DNA of 64,000 bases, taken from NCBI GenBank assembly GCA_949293255.1, contig CASFCL010000001.1:92105-156104 (forward strand), in the 5' to 3' direction. This document shows, piece by piece, positions 48,454-58,712 of this stretch. The DNA is from an uncultured bacterium (lineage in GTDB: Bacteria; Bacillota_I; Bacilli_A; RFN20; CAG-826). Made by a program: the position numbers and the translations under genes. The notes under the pieces are model-generated. The model was not told the DNA's origin. It worked only from the letters and a program-made list of their open reading frames with translations, and made no database searches. Numbering within the stretch: position 1 is the first letter of the stretch; each line of letters starts with the position of its first letter.

Positions 48454-51039
48454 TTATTTTAAATTTTTTATTTTTTCTTCAATATTGAGAATTTGAGCCT
48501 TATATTGTTCATATTTTTCTTGCTCTTTTAAGACCTTTTCTTTAGGAGCTTTAGCAAGGAAGGCTTGATTAGAAAGAATCTTTTCACTTCTAGCAATTTC
48601 ACTTAATAAATTCTCTTTTTGTTTATTTAAATTATTTAATAAAGCTTCTTTATCAATAGAATCATGAATAACAAGTGAAAAATCATTGATAATATAAACT
48701 GTTCCTTGAGTATTATTTTCGTCAAAATCGATACTTTCAGCAAAGGCATATCTACTTAAATAATCGATCAATGATTTTTCAAATCCTTGACCAAGGATTG
48801 TTAATTTTAATTTTGTATTTGGAGCTAATTTATTTTCAACTTTATATGCTCTAGTGTTTTCAATTGCTTTTCTAAGTGAATCAACTTTATTTAAAGAATC
48901 GTTAAAAACGTATTTTTTAGTATATGTTGGATAAGATTCAAGCATAATTGAATCTAAATGAGTTGGAAGATTTAAATAAATTTCTTCACTAATAAATGGT
49001 GAGAATGGATAAATCATCATAACAACTGCTTTTAATACATAAAGTAAAACGGCAAGTGTGTTATGTTTTTCTTCTTCTTTATTTAATGAAACTTTAGCCA
49101 TTTCAATATAGAATGAGCAGAAATCGTCATAGACAAAATCATATAAAGTACTACTAGCAATACCATATTCATATTTATCCATTGATTTAGTAATCTTTTT
49201 AATTACTTGTTCTAATTTAGTTAAGATATATTTATCTATATATGTTAATTTCTTAGTGTTAATTTCAAAATCTTTTTCATTTTCATCGATATTTAAAAGA
49301 ATAAATCTAGCACTATTCCAAATTTTATTTAAATAATTTGAGGCACTAGCAACTTTTTCTTCTTCATATCTCATATCTTGACCAGGAGATGCAGTTGTTG
49401 CTAAGAAATATCTTAAACTATCGACACCATATTGATTAATAACATCGATTGGATCGACACCATTTCCTAAAGATTTCGACATTTTTCTTCCAAATTTATC
49501 TCTGATAAGACCATGAATTACGACATCTTTAAATGGAGCTTTTGAGGTAAATTTAAGACCTTGGAAATACATTCTTGAAACCCAGAAGAAAATAATATCG
49601 TATCCTGTAACCATACAATCAAGTGGGAAATATCTTTCTAAATCTTCAGTTTTATCTGGCCAACCTAAAGTTCCAAATGGCCATAATGCTGAAGAAAACC
49701 ATGTATCAAGGACATCTTCATCTTGATACCAATTTTCAAAATCTTCTGGTTTATGGTCGGAAACTAGTATTTTATCAGTTGTTTTTGAGTAATATACAGG
49801 AATTCTATGACCCCACCAAAGTTGTCTAGAGATGCACCAATCATCACAATTTTCCATCCAGCGAGTTAAAACCTTTTCAAATCTTTTTGGATAGAATACT
49901 GTTTTATCTTTACTTTTTTGATTTTTTAAGACTGCTTCAGCAAGAGGTTTCATTTTGATGAACCATTGTTTTGATAAAATTGGTTCTACTACTGCATCAC
50001 TTCTTTCTGAATGTCCAACATCATGTTCGATTTCTTCGATCTTGATTAAGTTGCCATCTTTTTTAATATTTTCGAGTAAAAGTTCTCTACATTTTTCTCT
50101 ACTTAATCCTTCATAACCTTTAGCATTTTCATTCATTGTTCCATCAATATTCATGATGACAATTTGCTTCATGTTATATTTTTGACCTAAGATAAAGTCG
50201 TTAGGATCATGAGCTGGAGTACATTTCATCGCACCAGTTCCAAATTCAATATCGACGTATTCATCAGCAATAATTGGAAGTTTATCACCATTTGCTGGAT
50301 TGATAACATATTCTCCAATTACATCTTTATATCTTTCATCTTTTGGATTTACAATAATACATGTATCACCAAACATGGTTTCAGGTCTAGTTGTTGCAAT
50401 GGTTAAATATTTTGAAGCATCTTTAACAAAGTTATATTTAAAATAATAGAAATAACCCTTATCTTTTTTATAAATAACTTCAATATTAGAAAGGGCAGTT
50501 CTCATGATTGGATCGTAGTTTACGATTCTTTCACCTCTATAAATTAAACCTTGATCATAAAGAGTTTTAAAAACGGTATAAACTGCTTTTTGGAAACCTT
50601 CATCAAGAGTAAATCTTTCTCTACTATAATCTAACATTAAGCCCATTTTTGCCCATTGTTCATGGATAAATGAGGCATATGTATCTTTCCATTCATAAGC
50701 TTTTTTAAGGAATGCTTCTCTACCAATTTCAAATCTTGATGTTCCTTCTTCTTTAAGTTTTGCATCAACTTTAGCTTGAGTTGCAATACCTGCATGATCG
50801 CATCCAGGAAGGTATAAAACATCAAATCCTTTAGCTTTTTTATATCTACAAGTGATATCTTGAATTGTTGTATCAATAGCGTGTCCAATATGTAATTTTC
50901 CAGTAACATTTGGAGGAGGAATAACCATTGAGAATTTTTGTTTACTCTTATCTCCTGCTTCAAAATAACCTTTATTTTTCCAATTAAAGTATTTTCCTTC
51001 TTCTACTTTTTTAAAATCATATCTTTTATCAAGGGCCAT
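48454..51039 (-). CDS. valS: Valyl-tRNA synthetase
   Basis: An 861-aa protein with HIGH (PNVTGKLHIGHA), KMSKS, an editing domain and a C-terminal coiled coil. Confidence 0.9.
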   Translation of the reverse strand: MALDKRYDFKKVEEGKYFNWKNKGYFEAGDKSKQKFSMVIPPPNVTGKLHIGHAIDTTIQDITCRYKKAKGFDVLYLPGCDHAGIATQAKVDAKLKEEGTSRFEIGREAFLKKAYEWKDTYASFIHEQWAKMGLMLDYSRERFTLDEGFQKAVYTVFKTLYDQGLIYRGERIVNYDPIMRTALSNIEVIYKKDKGYFYYFKYNFVKDASKYLTIATTRPETMFGDTCIIVNPKDERYKDVIGEYVINPANGDKLPIIADEYVDIEFGTGAMKCTPAHDPNDFILGQKYNMKQIVIMNIDGTMNENAKGYEGLSREKCRELLLENIKKDGNLIKIEEIEHDVGHSERSDAVVEPILSKQWFIKMKPLAEAVLKNQKSKDKTVFYPKRFEKVLTRWMENCDDWCISRQLWWGHRIPVYYSKTTDKILVSDHKPEDFENWYQDEDVLDTWFSSALWPFGTLGWPDKTEDLERYFPLDCMVTGYDIIFFWVSRMYFQGLKFTSKAPFKDVVIHGLIRDKFGRKMSKSLGNGVDPIDVINQYGVDSLRYFLATTASPGQDMRYEEEKVASASNYLNKIWNSARFILLNIDENEKDFEINTKKLTYIDKYILTKLEQVIKKITKSMDKYEYGIASSTLYDFVYDDFCSFYIEMAKVSLNKEEEKHNTLAVLLYVLKAVVMMIYPFSPFISEEIYLNLPTHLDSIMLESYPTYTKKYVFNDSLNKVDSLRKAIENTRAYKVENKLAPNTKLKLTILGQGFEKSLIDYLSRYAFAESIDFDENNTQGTVYIINDFSLVIHDSIDKEALLNNLNKQKENLLSEIARSEKILSNQAFLAKAPKEKVLKEQEKYEQYKAQILNIEEKIKNLK

Positions 51040-51041
51040 AA

Positions 51042-51638
51042 TTAATCCTCACTTAAGTATTTATTAATAATTTCTTTTGTATCATCTAAACTCTTCTTGT
51101 TTTTAATTGACACAACTATTGCTTTTTCTTTTGAATATTCCTCTTTAAAAGCGGTTTTGAAGTTGCTAGGAATCTTCGATCTCATCGACATATTTAGTTT
51201 ATCACCTTTTGTAAAAAGAATGATAAATGGATAATTCATTGACTTTAAATAGTTATAAAAATCAATATCATCAGAACTAGGAATATGTCTAGAATCTAAT
51301 AAAAAGATAACTAACTTTAAATACTTGTTATCTTTAAAATAGTTTTCAACCATCTCTCCATAAAAAGCGTAATCGACATCCTTTTTTGCACTATATCCAT
51401 ATCCAGGACAATCTACAAAATAAAAACAATTATCGATTAAATAATAATTTAATAATCTTGTATGTCCAGGTTTTGAACTAGTGTAGGCAAGATGATTATT
51501 GTTTAATAAAGCATTTATTAAACTTGATTTTCCTACATTTGATTTACCAACAATTACAATCTCTTTTAAAGAAGAAGGTTTATCCTTCATCGATACAATA
51601 CTTTTTATAAATTTTGCATTCTTAAAAGGATAAACCAT
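51042..51638 (-). CDS. engB: Ribosome-biogenesis GTPase YihA/EngB
   Basis: G1 motif GKSNVGKSS and G3 motif DCPGYG. Synteny matches lon-ysxC. Confidence 0.85.
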   Translation of the reverse strand: MVYPFKNAKFIKSIVSMKDKPSSLKEIVIVGKSNVGKSSLINALLNNNHLAYTSSKPGHTRLLNYYLIDNCFYFVDCPGYGYSAKKDVDYAFYGEMVENYFKDNKYLKLVIFLLDSRHIPSSDDIDFYNYLKSMNYPFIILFTKGDKLNMSMRSKIPSNFKTAFKEEYSKEKAIVVSIKNKKSLDDTKEIINKYLSED

Positions 51639-51642
51639 AATT

Positions 51643-53976
51643 TTATCTTCCTAAACAAATTTTAATTGCTTCATCAACTGAACTCATATAGACAATGTTT
51701 AAATTATCTTTAATTTCTTTTGGTAATTCAGTGACTGTCTTTTTGTTATCTTTTGGAATGATGACAGTTTTAATACCTCTTCTTAAAGCAGCTAAGGTTT
51801 TTTCTCTTAATCCACCGATTGGAAGGGCATTTCCTCTTAATGTAACTTCTCCTGTCATTGCGATATCTCCACTAACTGGAGTTTTAGTAAAGGCGCTTAC
51901 CATTGCTGTTGTAATTGCACAACCAGCTGAAGGACCATCTTTACTAACTGCACCTTCTGGTACATGGATATGGATATCATTTTCTTGGAAAAGTTTTGAA
52001 TCGATTCCAAATTTATCAGCATTTGCTCTAATGTAATCAAGAGCAATTTCACAGCTTTCTTTCATAACATCGCCAAGTTTACCAGTTAAAACTAAGCGTC
52101 CTTTTCCTGGGAAATAATTGACTTCGATTGGAAGAATATCTCCTCCAAATGGAGTCCAAGCAAGTCCTGTAACAACTCCGATTTGTTTACCTTTTTCTTT
52201 GTTTGTAGGGTCAAAATCTTCGATTCCAAGGTACTTTTTGACTTCTTTTTCTTTGACGATCACTTTATCTTTAATTTTGCCTTTTAATAAATCGACAACG
52301 ATTTTTCTTAAAATTGTTGCGATTCTTCTTTCTAAAGTTCTAACTCCACTTTCTCTTGTGTATCTTTCAATAACATAAGAAATTCCTTCATCAGTAAATT
52401 CAACTTGGTCTGGTTTTAAACCATTATTTTTAAGTTCTTTTGGAATTAAATAATCTTGAGCAATGTGAATTTTATCAATTAAGGTATATGAATCGACTTC
52501 AACTAATTCAAGTCTATCCATTAAAGGAGCTGGAATTCCACCTAAATCATTGGCAGTACAAATAAACAAGACTTTACTTAAATCGTAAGATAATTCTAAG
52601 TAATTATCATAGAAAGCAAAGTTTTGTTCAGGATCTAAAACTTCAAGTAAGGCACTTGAAGGATCACCTTTATAACTACTACCTAATTTATCAACTTCAT
52701 CAAGTAAGAAAACAGGATTTACTGTTTTTGCTTTTCTTAAAGAATTGATAATTCTTCCAGGTCTAGAACCAACATAAGTTCTTCTATGTCCTCTAATTTC
52801 GGCTTCATCTGAAACGCCTCCTAAAGAACATTTGATAAACTTTTTACCTAATGCTCTAGCAATTGATGCGGCTAAAGATGTTTTTCCGCATCCTGGAGGT
52901 CCATAAAAACATAAAATAGGTGCTTTTAAATCTTTATTTACAGCTTTTACTGCAAGATATTCAATGATTCTTTCTTTAACTTTTTTAAGACCATAATGAT
53001 CTTCATCTAAAACTTTTTGAACGTTTTTGATGTCTTCATTATCGGTAGTTTCTTGGAACCAAGGAACGTCCATAACGATATCGATATAGTCTTTAATTAA
53101 GCTAGATTCAATTGAACCTTGAGGCATATTTGCCATTCTTTTATATTCGTTTTTAATCTTTTCTTTTACTTCTTGAGGATATGGATTTTTTTCGATGTCA
53201 TCGAGGATTTTATCTCTTGTGTTCTCATCTTCACCAAGCTCTTTTTGAATAGCTCTCATCTTCTCTCTTAAAAAATATTCCTTTTGAGCTTTTTGAGCAG
53301 ATTCACGAATTGAATCTTCAAGTTGTTTATCAATTTTATTTGATTGATAGATTTTATCAGCTTCTTCAAGTAATTTTTTAAGACGATCATTAACTGTTGG
53401 AGCAGCTAAAAGTTCATATTTAGTTTTGGTATCAGCATTGATAACATCACTAATTAAATAACTAAGCTCAAGAGCATTGATTCCTCTATTGATTAAATTT
53501 CTATAATCTTCAGTGAAAACTTTATAAACGTTACTATCGTTATTGTTTAAAGTATTTACAAGTTTTTTAACAAGAGCTTCTTCTTCAATTTTATCCCCGA
53601 AAACATCAGGCATAACTTCAGCTTTACAAGTAAAATAATCTTTAGATAAATCTAAAGAAGTAATTTTTACTCTATCAATAACGCTAAATCTTACTCTAAT
53701 GCTTGAAGCAGGATCTCCACTTGAAGAAACGATTTTGCAAAATGTAGCAACATCATAAATATCATCAAGTGATTCTACATTTTCCTTGTTCATATCTTTT
53801 TGAGATGCAATGACACAAAGACTTTCAAAATTGCTTATTGCCATCTCATAACTTTTTACAGAAAAAGATCTTTGGACATAAATTGTCTTTACTGTATCAG
53901 GAAATGTGATTGCTCCACGAGTAATTATAATAGGAACTTCGTTTTGAAGTAATGGATAATTTACTTTTTCGTTCAT
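51643..53976 (-). CDS. lon: ATP-dependent Lon protease
   Basis: N-terminal LON domain, AAA+ domain (GPPGCGKTS) and the protease S-K dyad region (DGPSAG). Confidence 0.9.
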   Translation of the reverse strand: MNEKVNYPLLQNEVPIIITRGAITFPDTVKTIYVQRSFSVKSYEMAISNFESLCVIASQKDMNKENVESLDDIYDVATFCKIVSSSGDPASSIRVRFSVIDRVKITSLDLSKDYFTCKAEVMPDVFGDKIEEEALVKKLVNTLNNNDSNVYKVFTEDYRNLINRGINALELSYLISDVINADTKTKYELLAAPTVNDRLKKLLEEADKIYQSNKIDKQLEDSIRESAQKAQKEYFLREKMRAIQKELGEDENTRDKILDDIEKNPYPQEVKEKIKNEYKRMANMPQGSIESSLIKDYIDIVMDVPWFQETTDNEDIKNVQKVLDEDHYGLKKVKERIIEYLAVKAVNKDLKAPILCFYGPPGCGKTSLAASIARALGKKFIKCSLGGVSDEAEIRGHRRTYVGSRPGRIINSLRKAKTVNPVFLLDEVDKLGSSYKGDPSSALLEVLDPEQNFAFYDNYLELSYDLSKVLFICTANDLGGIPAPLMDRLELVEVDSYTLIDKIHIAQDYLIPKELKNNGLKPDQVEFTDEGISYVIERYTRESGVRTLERRIATILRKIVVDLLKGKIKDKVIVKEKEVKKYLGIEDFDPTNKEKGKQIGVVTGLAWTPFGGDILPIEVNYFPGKGRLVLTGKLGDVMKESCEIALDYIRANADKFGIDSKLFQENDIHIHVPEGAVSKDGPSAGCAITTAMVSAFTKTPVSGDIAMTGEVTLRGNALPIGGLREKTLAALRRGIKTVIIPKDNKKTVTELPKEIKDNLNIVYMSSVDEAIKICLGR

Positions 53977-54149
53977 TATTACCTCCTCTACATAAAGCCA
54001 GATGGAAACCTCAACCTATCTGACTCAATTTCAATAAATAGTAATTTGAGGTTTAAAATTAAACTAATAACTAAAAATTTAGTTAGGATAGTTTAACGAC
54101 TTATCCTAAAGTTAAATTTAAAAATTGATTTTAGATAGTTAAAGAATTT

Positions 54150-54192
54150 CCACTTAATGGCGATGAGTTGATTTACTCAACTCATCGCTCAT
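54150..54192 (-). terminator. Hairpin downstream of tig
   Basis: GCGATGAGTTGA-tttact-TCAACTCATCGC, a 12-bp stem with a weak U-run. Confidence 0.4.
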
Positions 54193-54197
54193 CAAAA

Positions 54198-55628
54198 TTA
54201 TTCTGCTTTCTTAGTAGCTTTTTTTCTGGTAGCTGGTTTTTTAGCTACGCTAGCTTCTGAGGATTCTTCTTTTTTAGCAGCCGCTTTTTTAGTTGTTGTT
54301 TTCTTTTTAGCAGCTGGTTTTGCTTCTTCTTTAACTTCTTCTTGTTTTGGTGGGTTGTTAGCTAAGATAAATCTTTGTAATTTTCCACCTAAAATTTGTT
54401 GAACAAGTTCGTTTTGTGCTTCTGGAGTACCATAGTATTTTTTAACTTCAGCAACATCCATATGATATGTTGAAGCAATTCTAGCAAATTGTTCTTCTAA
54501 TTCTTTGTTGCTAACGATTAAGTTTTCAACTTGAGCAAGTTTTTGAAGAACAGAACTTCTAACTAAGTTTGCTCTTGCTTCTTTTGCATATTGTTCATTG
54601 ATTTTTTCATCATCTAAACCGGTGATTTGTTTATATTGATCAAGAGTTAAACCGTTTTGTTCTAATTGGCTAAGTAATGATTTATGGTATTTACTAACTT
54701 CTTCTTTGATAACTGCATCAGCGATTGTAACTTCAGCATTATCACAAATTGTTGAAACGACGGCTTCTAAATGTTTTTGTCTAGCTTGTTGTTCTTTTCT
54801 TAAAGTAATTTGTTTTGTTTCGTATTCTTTTAATTGATCGACTGTTTCAACTCCACCAATGTTAAGAGTTTTTATAAATTCATCGTTAAGTTCTGGAGCT
54901 TTTTTGGTTTTGATTTCATGAATCATACAGACGAATTTAGCATCTTTACCAGCTAAATTTTCGACATATTGTTCTGGGAAAGTGATGTTAACATCAACTT
55001 TTGTTTCACTTTTTGCACCGACAAGTTGATCTTCAAAACCTGGAACAAATTGACCTGAACCTAAGACGAGTGAATAGTTTTGAGCACTTCCGCCTTCAAA
55101 TTCTTTTCCATCGACATAACCTTTAAAATCGAAAACAACTGTATCACCTAAAGCTGCTGGTTCTTCTTTTAAGACTAATTCTGAATTGTCGCTCAATAAT
55201 TTTTCAATTTCGGCATTGACATCGATATCAGTGACACTAACTTTATCAAGTTCGATTTCAATTCCTTTATATTGACCAAGAGTGATTTCTGGGTGAACTG
55301 TAATTTTAAATGTTGCAGTTAATGAATCTGCGGTTTGATCATTGATATTAACTTCTGGTTGAATGAATGGGTTTAAACGGAATTCTCTAAGAATATTTCT
55401 ATAAAGAGTATTTAAACCTTGGTTTGTCCATTCATTTATAAGATCCATTGGATTGATTCTAGATCTAACAAGTTGAATTGGAGCTTGTCCTTTTCTAAAA
55501 CCTTTGATCTGGACTTTTTTAGAAAGAATTTCAATTGCTTTTTCTTCTAAATCTTTCCATTCTTTAGCATCTATTGTTCCTTTAATTTCATAGACACCAT
55601 TTTCTTTTTTAATTAATTCGTTTTTCAT
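54198..55628 (-). CDS. tig: Trigger factor with a Lys/Ala-rich C-terminal extension
   Basis: Ribosome-binding N-terminus (GFRKGQAP), an FKBP PPIase domain and a C-terminal arm. The tail contains KPAAKKKTTTKKAAAKK... Confidence 0.9.
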   Translation of the reverse strand: MKNELIKKENGVYEIKGTIDAKEWKDLEEKAIEILSKKVQIKGFRKGQAPIQLVRSRINPMDLINEWTNQGLNTLYRNILREFRLNPFIQPEVNINDQTADSLTATFKITVHPEITLGQYKGIEIELDKVSVTDIDVNAEIEKLLSDNSELVLKEEPAALGDTVVFDFKGYVDGKEFEGGSAQNYSLVLGSGQFVPGFEDQLVGAKSETKVDVNITFPEQYVENLAGKDAKFVCMIHEIKTKKAPELNDEFIKTLNIGGVETVDQLKEYETKQITLRKEQQARQKHLEAVVSTICDNAEVTIADAVIKEEVSKYHKSLLSQLEQNGLTLDQYKQITGLDDEKINEQYAKEARANLVRSSVLQKLAQVENLIVSNKELEEQFARIASTYHMDVAEVKKYYGTPEAQNELVQQILGGKLQRFILANNPPKQEEVKEEAKPAAKKKTTTKKAAAKKEESSEASVAKKPATRKKATKKAE

Positions 55629-55945
55629 TTAATTTTCCTCCATAAATTGTAAAAACTTCGCTAGAAAATTATATAATAATTAGCCCTTTGAGTAAAGAAA
55701 AGTGAACGTTAATGTCCACTTTTATCCTTTTTGATGAAATATTTGTTTTTATAAAGAAAAATATATGCCAATATCAATATAATTGATATTAAGTTTTTAA
55801 ACTTTAGATGATTCTAAAGGTTATTTTGATGAAAGAATTTGTGTTTTTTTATTTGTTTAAATTTTACCATGAAAGTATATTCTAAAAAAAAGAAATTTTT
55901 TCGATGAATTCTATATTTTTAAAAAATTTTATGTTTACGAAAAAA

Positions 55946-55980
55946 AATAAAAGTGTGAGGATGTCACACTTTTGAAAATT
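55946..55980. terminator. Hairpin terminator downstream of the ORFan at 56014 (and ending the mutS2 - uvrC - 56014 ORFan transcription unit)
   Basis: AAAGTGTGA-ggat-GTCACACTTTT, flanked by A-runs and T-runs on both sides. Confidence 0.5.
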
Positions 55981-56013
55981 ATATTTATTTAACTCTTAAA
56001 ATTTTAGTTTAGA

Positions 56014-56949
56014 TTAACTCATATCTTCGTTTTTAATTAATAATCCCATTTCGATTAATAATTCATTATATTTTTCAATTAAATCATCATCACTTCTATC
56101 TAACATATCCATGTAAAAATAATCTTCATGAGGATCAATATTGAAAAGTTCAAATGCTACATCTAAACAAACAACATAAATTGTTGGAATTTCTTCAAGA
56201 TTTGGAATTGAATAAGCTAAATAATAATAAACATAAACTGCATATAAAGTTACAAAATCTAAAATTGAAATATTTTTCTCACTACTATGAAAACTTGTCA
56301 TAATCATAAAAAAGATATTAGTAAATTCTTGATGAATTTTATGAAATTCTTTTGGAATTAAATTGATATAGATTTTACTAGTTTTTAAAACAATTGGCAT
56401 TCTATCGTATTTATCTTTGATTAATTTAGTTAAAAGAATACCAAAAGAAATGCTATATTTTGTTCTTGAATTAAGATTTTTTGCGATGTAGTCGTTTAAA
56501 TCAACATCTTCATATTCTTTTAAACTTAGTTGATCAAGGGCTTTTAAAGTTGCATCAACATCTTCACTAGCTAAATCTTTTTTAATATCTTCTAGTGTGT
56601 AATTTTTATCGTATCTATTTTTAATTTCTAAAAATCTATCTAAATCATGTAACCATTCTTCAGTTTCTTGAGAGATGTATGGTTTTTCTTCAAAATACTC
56701 AATTTCTTTTTTAATTTCATCATACATTTCAAGTTTTTTAAGAATAGTTAAATAGAATTCACCACTATCAATTAAGGAAATTTCTTCAAATTTATGTCTA
56801 AATTGCTTATAAATATCGATAATTGCAAGTAATTCAAAATCTTCCATTAATGAAGAAAAATAATCAACTAATTCAGTTTTTGTCTTTAAATCTTCTATTT
56901 TTCTCATTTCTTTTTCACTTAATTGCATTTTGACTTCTAATTTACTCAT
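56014..56949 (-). CDS. Hypothetical acidic cytoplasmic protein (311 aa), translationally coupled to uvrC (ATGA overlap)
   Basis: Clean ORF. Its start overlaps the uvrC stop by 4 bp. No recognisable motifs were found. Confidence 0.45.
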   Translation of the reverse strand: MSKLEVKMQLSEKEMRKIEDLKTKTELVDYFSSLMEDFELLAIIDIYKQFRHKFEEISLIDSGEFYLTILKKLEMYDEIKKEIEYFEEKPYISQETEEWLHDLDRFLEIKNRYDKNYTLEDIKKDLASEDVDATLKALDQLSLKEYEDVDLNDYIAKNLNSRTKYSISFGILLTKLIKDKYDRMPIVLKTSKIYINLIPKEFHKIHQEFTNIFFMIMTSFHSSEKNISILDFVTLYAVYVYYYLAYSIPNLEEIPTIYVVCLDVAFELFNIDPHEDYFYMDMLDRSDDDLIEKYNELLIEMGLLIKNEDMS

Positions 56950-58712
56950 TTTAAATTCTCCAATTTTTCTTTTAAATCAATTGCGACTTTTTTAGGAATA
57001 ATTTGTTCTAATTCTTCAATTCTTGCTGATTTTAATTCTTGTAAAGTTGGGTAGTTTTTAAGTAATAATTCTTTTCTTTTTGCTCCAATTCCTTCAATTT
57101 CATCAAAAATTGACTTAAACATTGATTTCTTCCTTTTATTTATGTGACTACTAATAGCAAATCTATGAACTTCATTTTGCATTCTGGTTAAAAAATAGAA
57201 AAGAGGTTTATCATCATTGATTTCATATTCATTACCATTTTCATCCATTAAAGCTGAAGTTTGGTGTTTATCATTTTTAACTAATCCAGCTAAATTGATG
57301 TCTACATCGATACTTTTTAAGATTTGTTTAGCTGCGACAAGTTGATTATAACCACCATCAACAATAATTAAATCTGGGTAAGATTGATTTTCTTGTTTTA
57401 ATCTAGAATATCTTCTAAAGATAACTTCTTTCATTGATTCAAGATCATCTTTAGTATTTTTATTATCTAAATTAAACTTTCTAAACATCTTTTTAACAGG
57501 TTCACCATTTATAAAACAAACCATCGCTCCAACTGCATTTGTTCCCATTAAATGTGAATTATCAAATAATTCAATTCGATAAGGAGTTTTAATTTTTAAG
57601 ATTTCACCAAGATGTTCAAGAATTTTGATGCAATCATCTTCTAATCTTGCGGTCATAAAGTGTTGTTCAAGAGCTTCTTTTGCATTTTCTTTTGTAGTTT
57701 GCAAAATTTCAAAAAGTTGACCTCTTGTAGGAGCAATAATGTCGACTTCACTAAAATATGAAGATAATAATTCTTTTAATTCTTCTGTAGGAACAATAAT
57801 TTCTTTTGGTAAAGTATTTTTAAGGTAATATTGAGTTAAAATATCGACTACAAAATCATTTACTTCACCCATAAGTTCATAAACAAATGATCTTTTAAAA
57901 ATTATCATTCCTTTTCTCATGATAAGAACGACAATTCCAATGTAGTTATCACGAAGATTAAAGGAAACAAAATCACGATCAATTTTATCTTTAAGTTCCA
58001 TATATTGTTTTTCGCTTATTGCTAAAATTGAATCGAGCATCGTTTTATATTCTTTAGCTTTCTCAAATTCTAAATTCTCCGATGCAATCGATATTTTTTC
58101 TTTTAATTCGTTTACTACTTCTTTATTGTTTCCTTTTAAAAATTTAGAAATATTTTCACAAATTTCTCGATATATTTGAGGGTCAACTTCATTGACGCAA
58201 GGTCCTAAACATTGATTTAAATGATAATAAAGACAAGGTGAAGTTGGAACAGTTTTACATTTTCTTAAAGGGAATAATTTATTAATGATATTTAATGTTT
58301 CATAACAGGCACCACTATTAGGATATGGTCCAAAAAATTCTGATTTTCTATCGTTAATGTTTCTAGCAATTGAAACATAAGGATGCTTAACTCCTTTATG
58401 AATTGCTAAATATGGATAGCGTTTATCATCCATTAATAAAATATTGTATCGAGGATGATATTTTTGAATTAAATTCATTTCTAAAATTAAAGCTTCTTTT
58501 TCAGTATTGGTGATGATTATTGAAAAATGGTCAACATTAAAAACCATCGAAGCTGTTTTACCATTTTGCGGTCTTAAAAAATATTGAGAAACTCTCTTTT
58601 TTAAGTTTTTAGCTTTCCCGATGTAGATGATGTTATCATCTTTATCTCTCATTTGGTAACTACCAGGTTTATCAGGTAATAGTTCTATTTGCTTTTTTAA
58701 GATTTCGTTCAT
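56946..58712 (-). CDS. uvrC: Excinuclease ABC subunit C
   Basis: GIY-YIG N-terminus (GSYQMRDKDDNIIYIGKAKNLKKR), a UvrBC-interaction region and a C-terminal HhH. Confidence 0.9.
   Translation of the reverse strand: MNEILKKQIELLPDKPGSYQMRDKDDNIIYIGKAKNLKKRVSQYFLRPQNGKTASMVFNVDHFSIIITNTEKEALILEMNLIQKYHPRYNILLMDDKRYPYLAIHKGVKHPYVSIARNINDRKSEFFGPYPNSGACYETLNIINKLFPLRKCKTVPTSPCLYYHLNQCLGPCVNEVDPQIYREICENISKFLKGNNKEVVNELKEKISIASENLEFEKAKEYKTMLDSILAISEKQYMELKDKIDRDFVSFNLRDNYIGIVVLIMRKGMIIFKRSFVYELMGEVNDFVVDILTQYYLKNTLPKEIIVPTEELKELLSSYFSEVDIIAPTRGQLFEILQTTKENAKEALEQHFMTARLEDDCIKILEHLGEILKIKTPYRIELFDNSHLMGTNAVGAMVCFINGEPVKKMFRKFNLDNKNTKDDLESMKEVIFRRYSRLKQENQSYPDLIIVDGGYNQLVAAKQILKSIDVDINLAGLVKNDKHQTSALMDENGNEYEINDDKPLFYFLTRMQNEVHRFAISSHINKRKKSMFKSIFDEIEGIGAKRKELLLKNYPTLQELKSARIEELEQIIPKKVAIDLKEKLENLK

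Noticed and set aside
54018-54060. Inverted repeat AAACCTCAA...TTGAGGTTT upstream of lon, considered as a CtsR or CIRCE heat-shock operator
   Set aside because: It matches neither the CtsR direct repeat (GGTCAAA-N-GGTCAAA) nor CIRCE (TTAGCACTC-N9-GAGTGCTAA). It is probably a plain hairpin.
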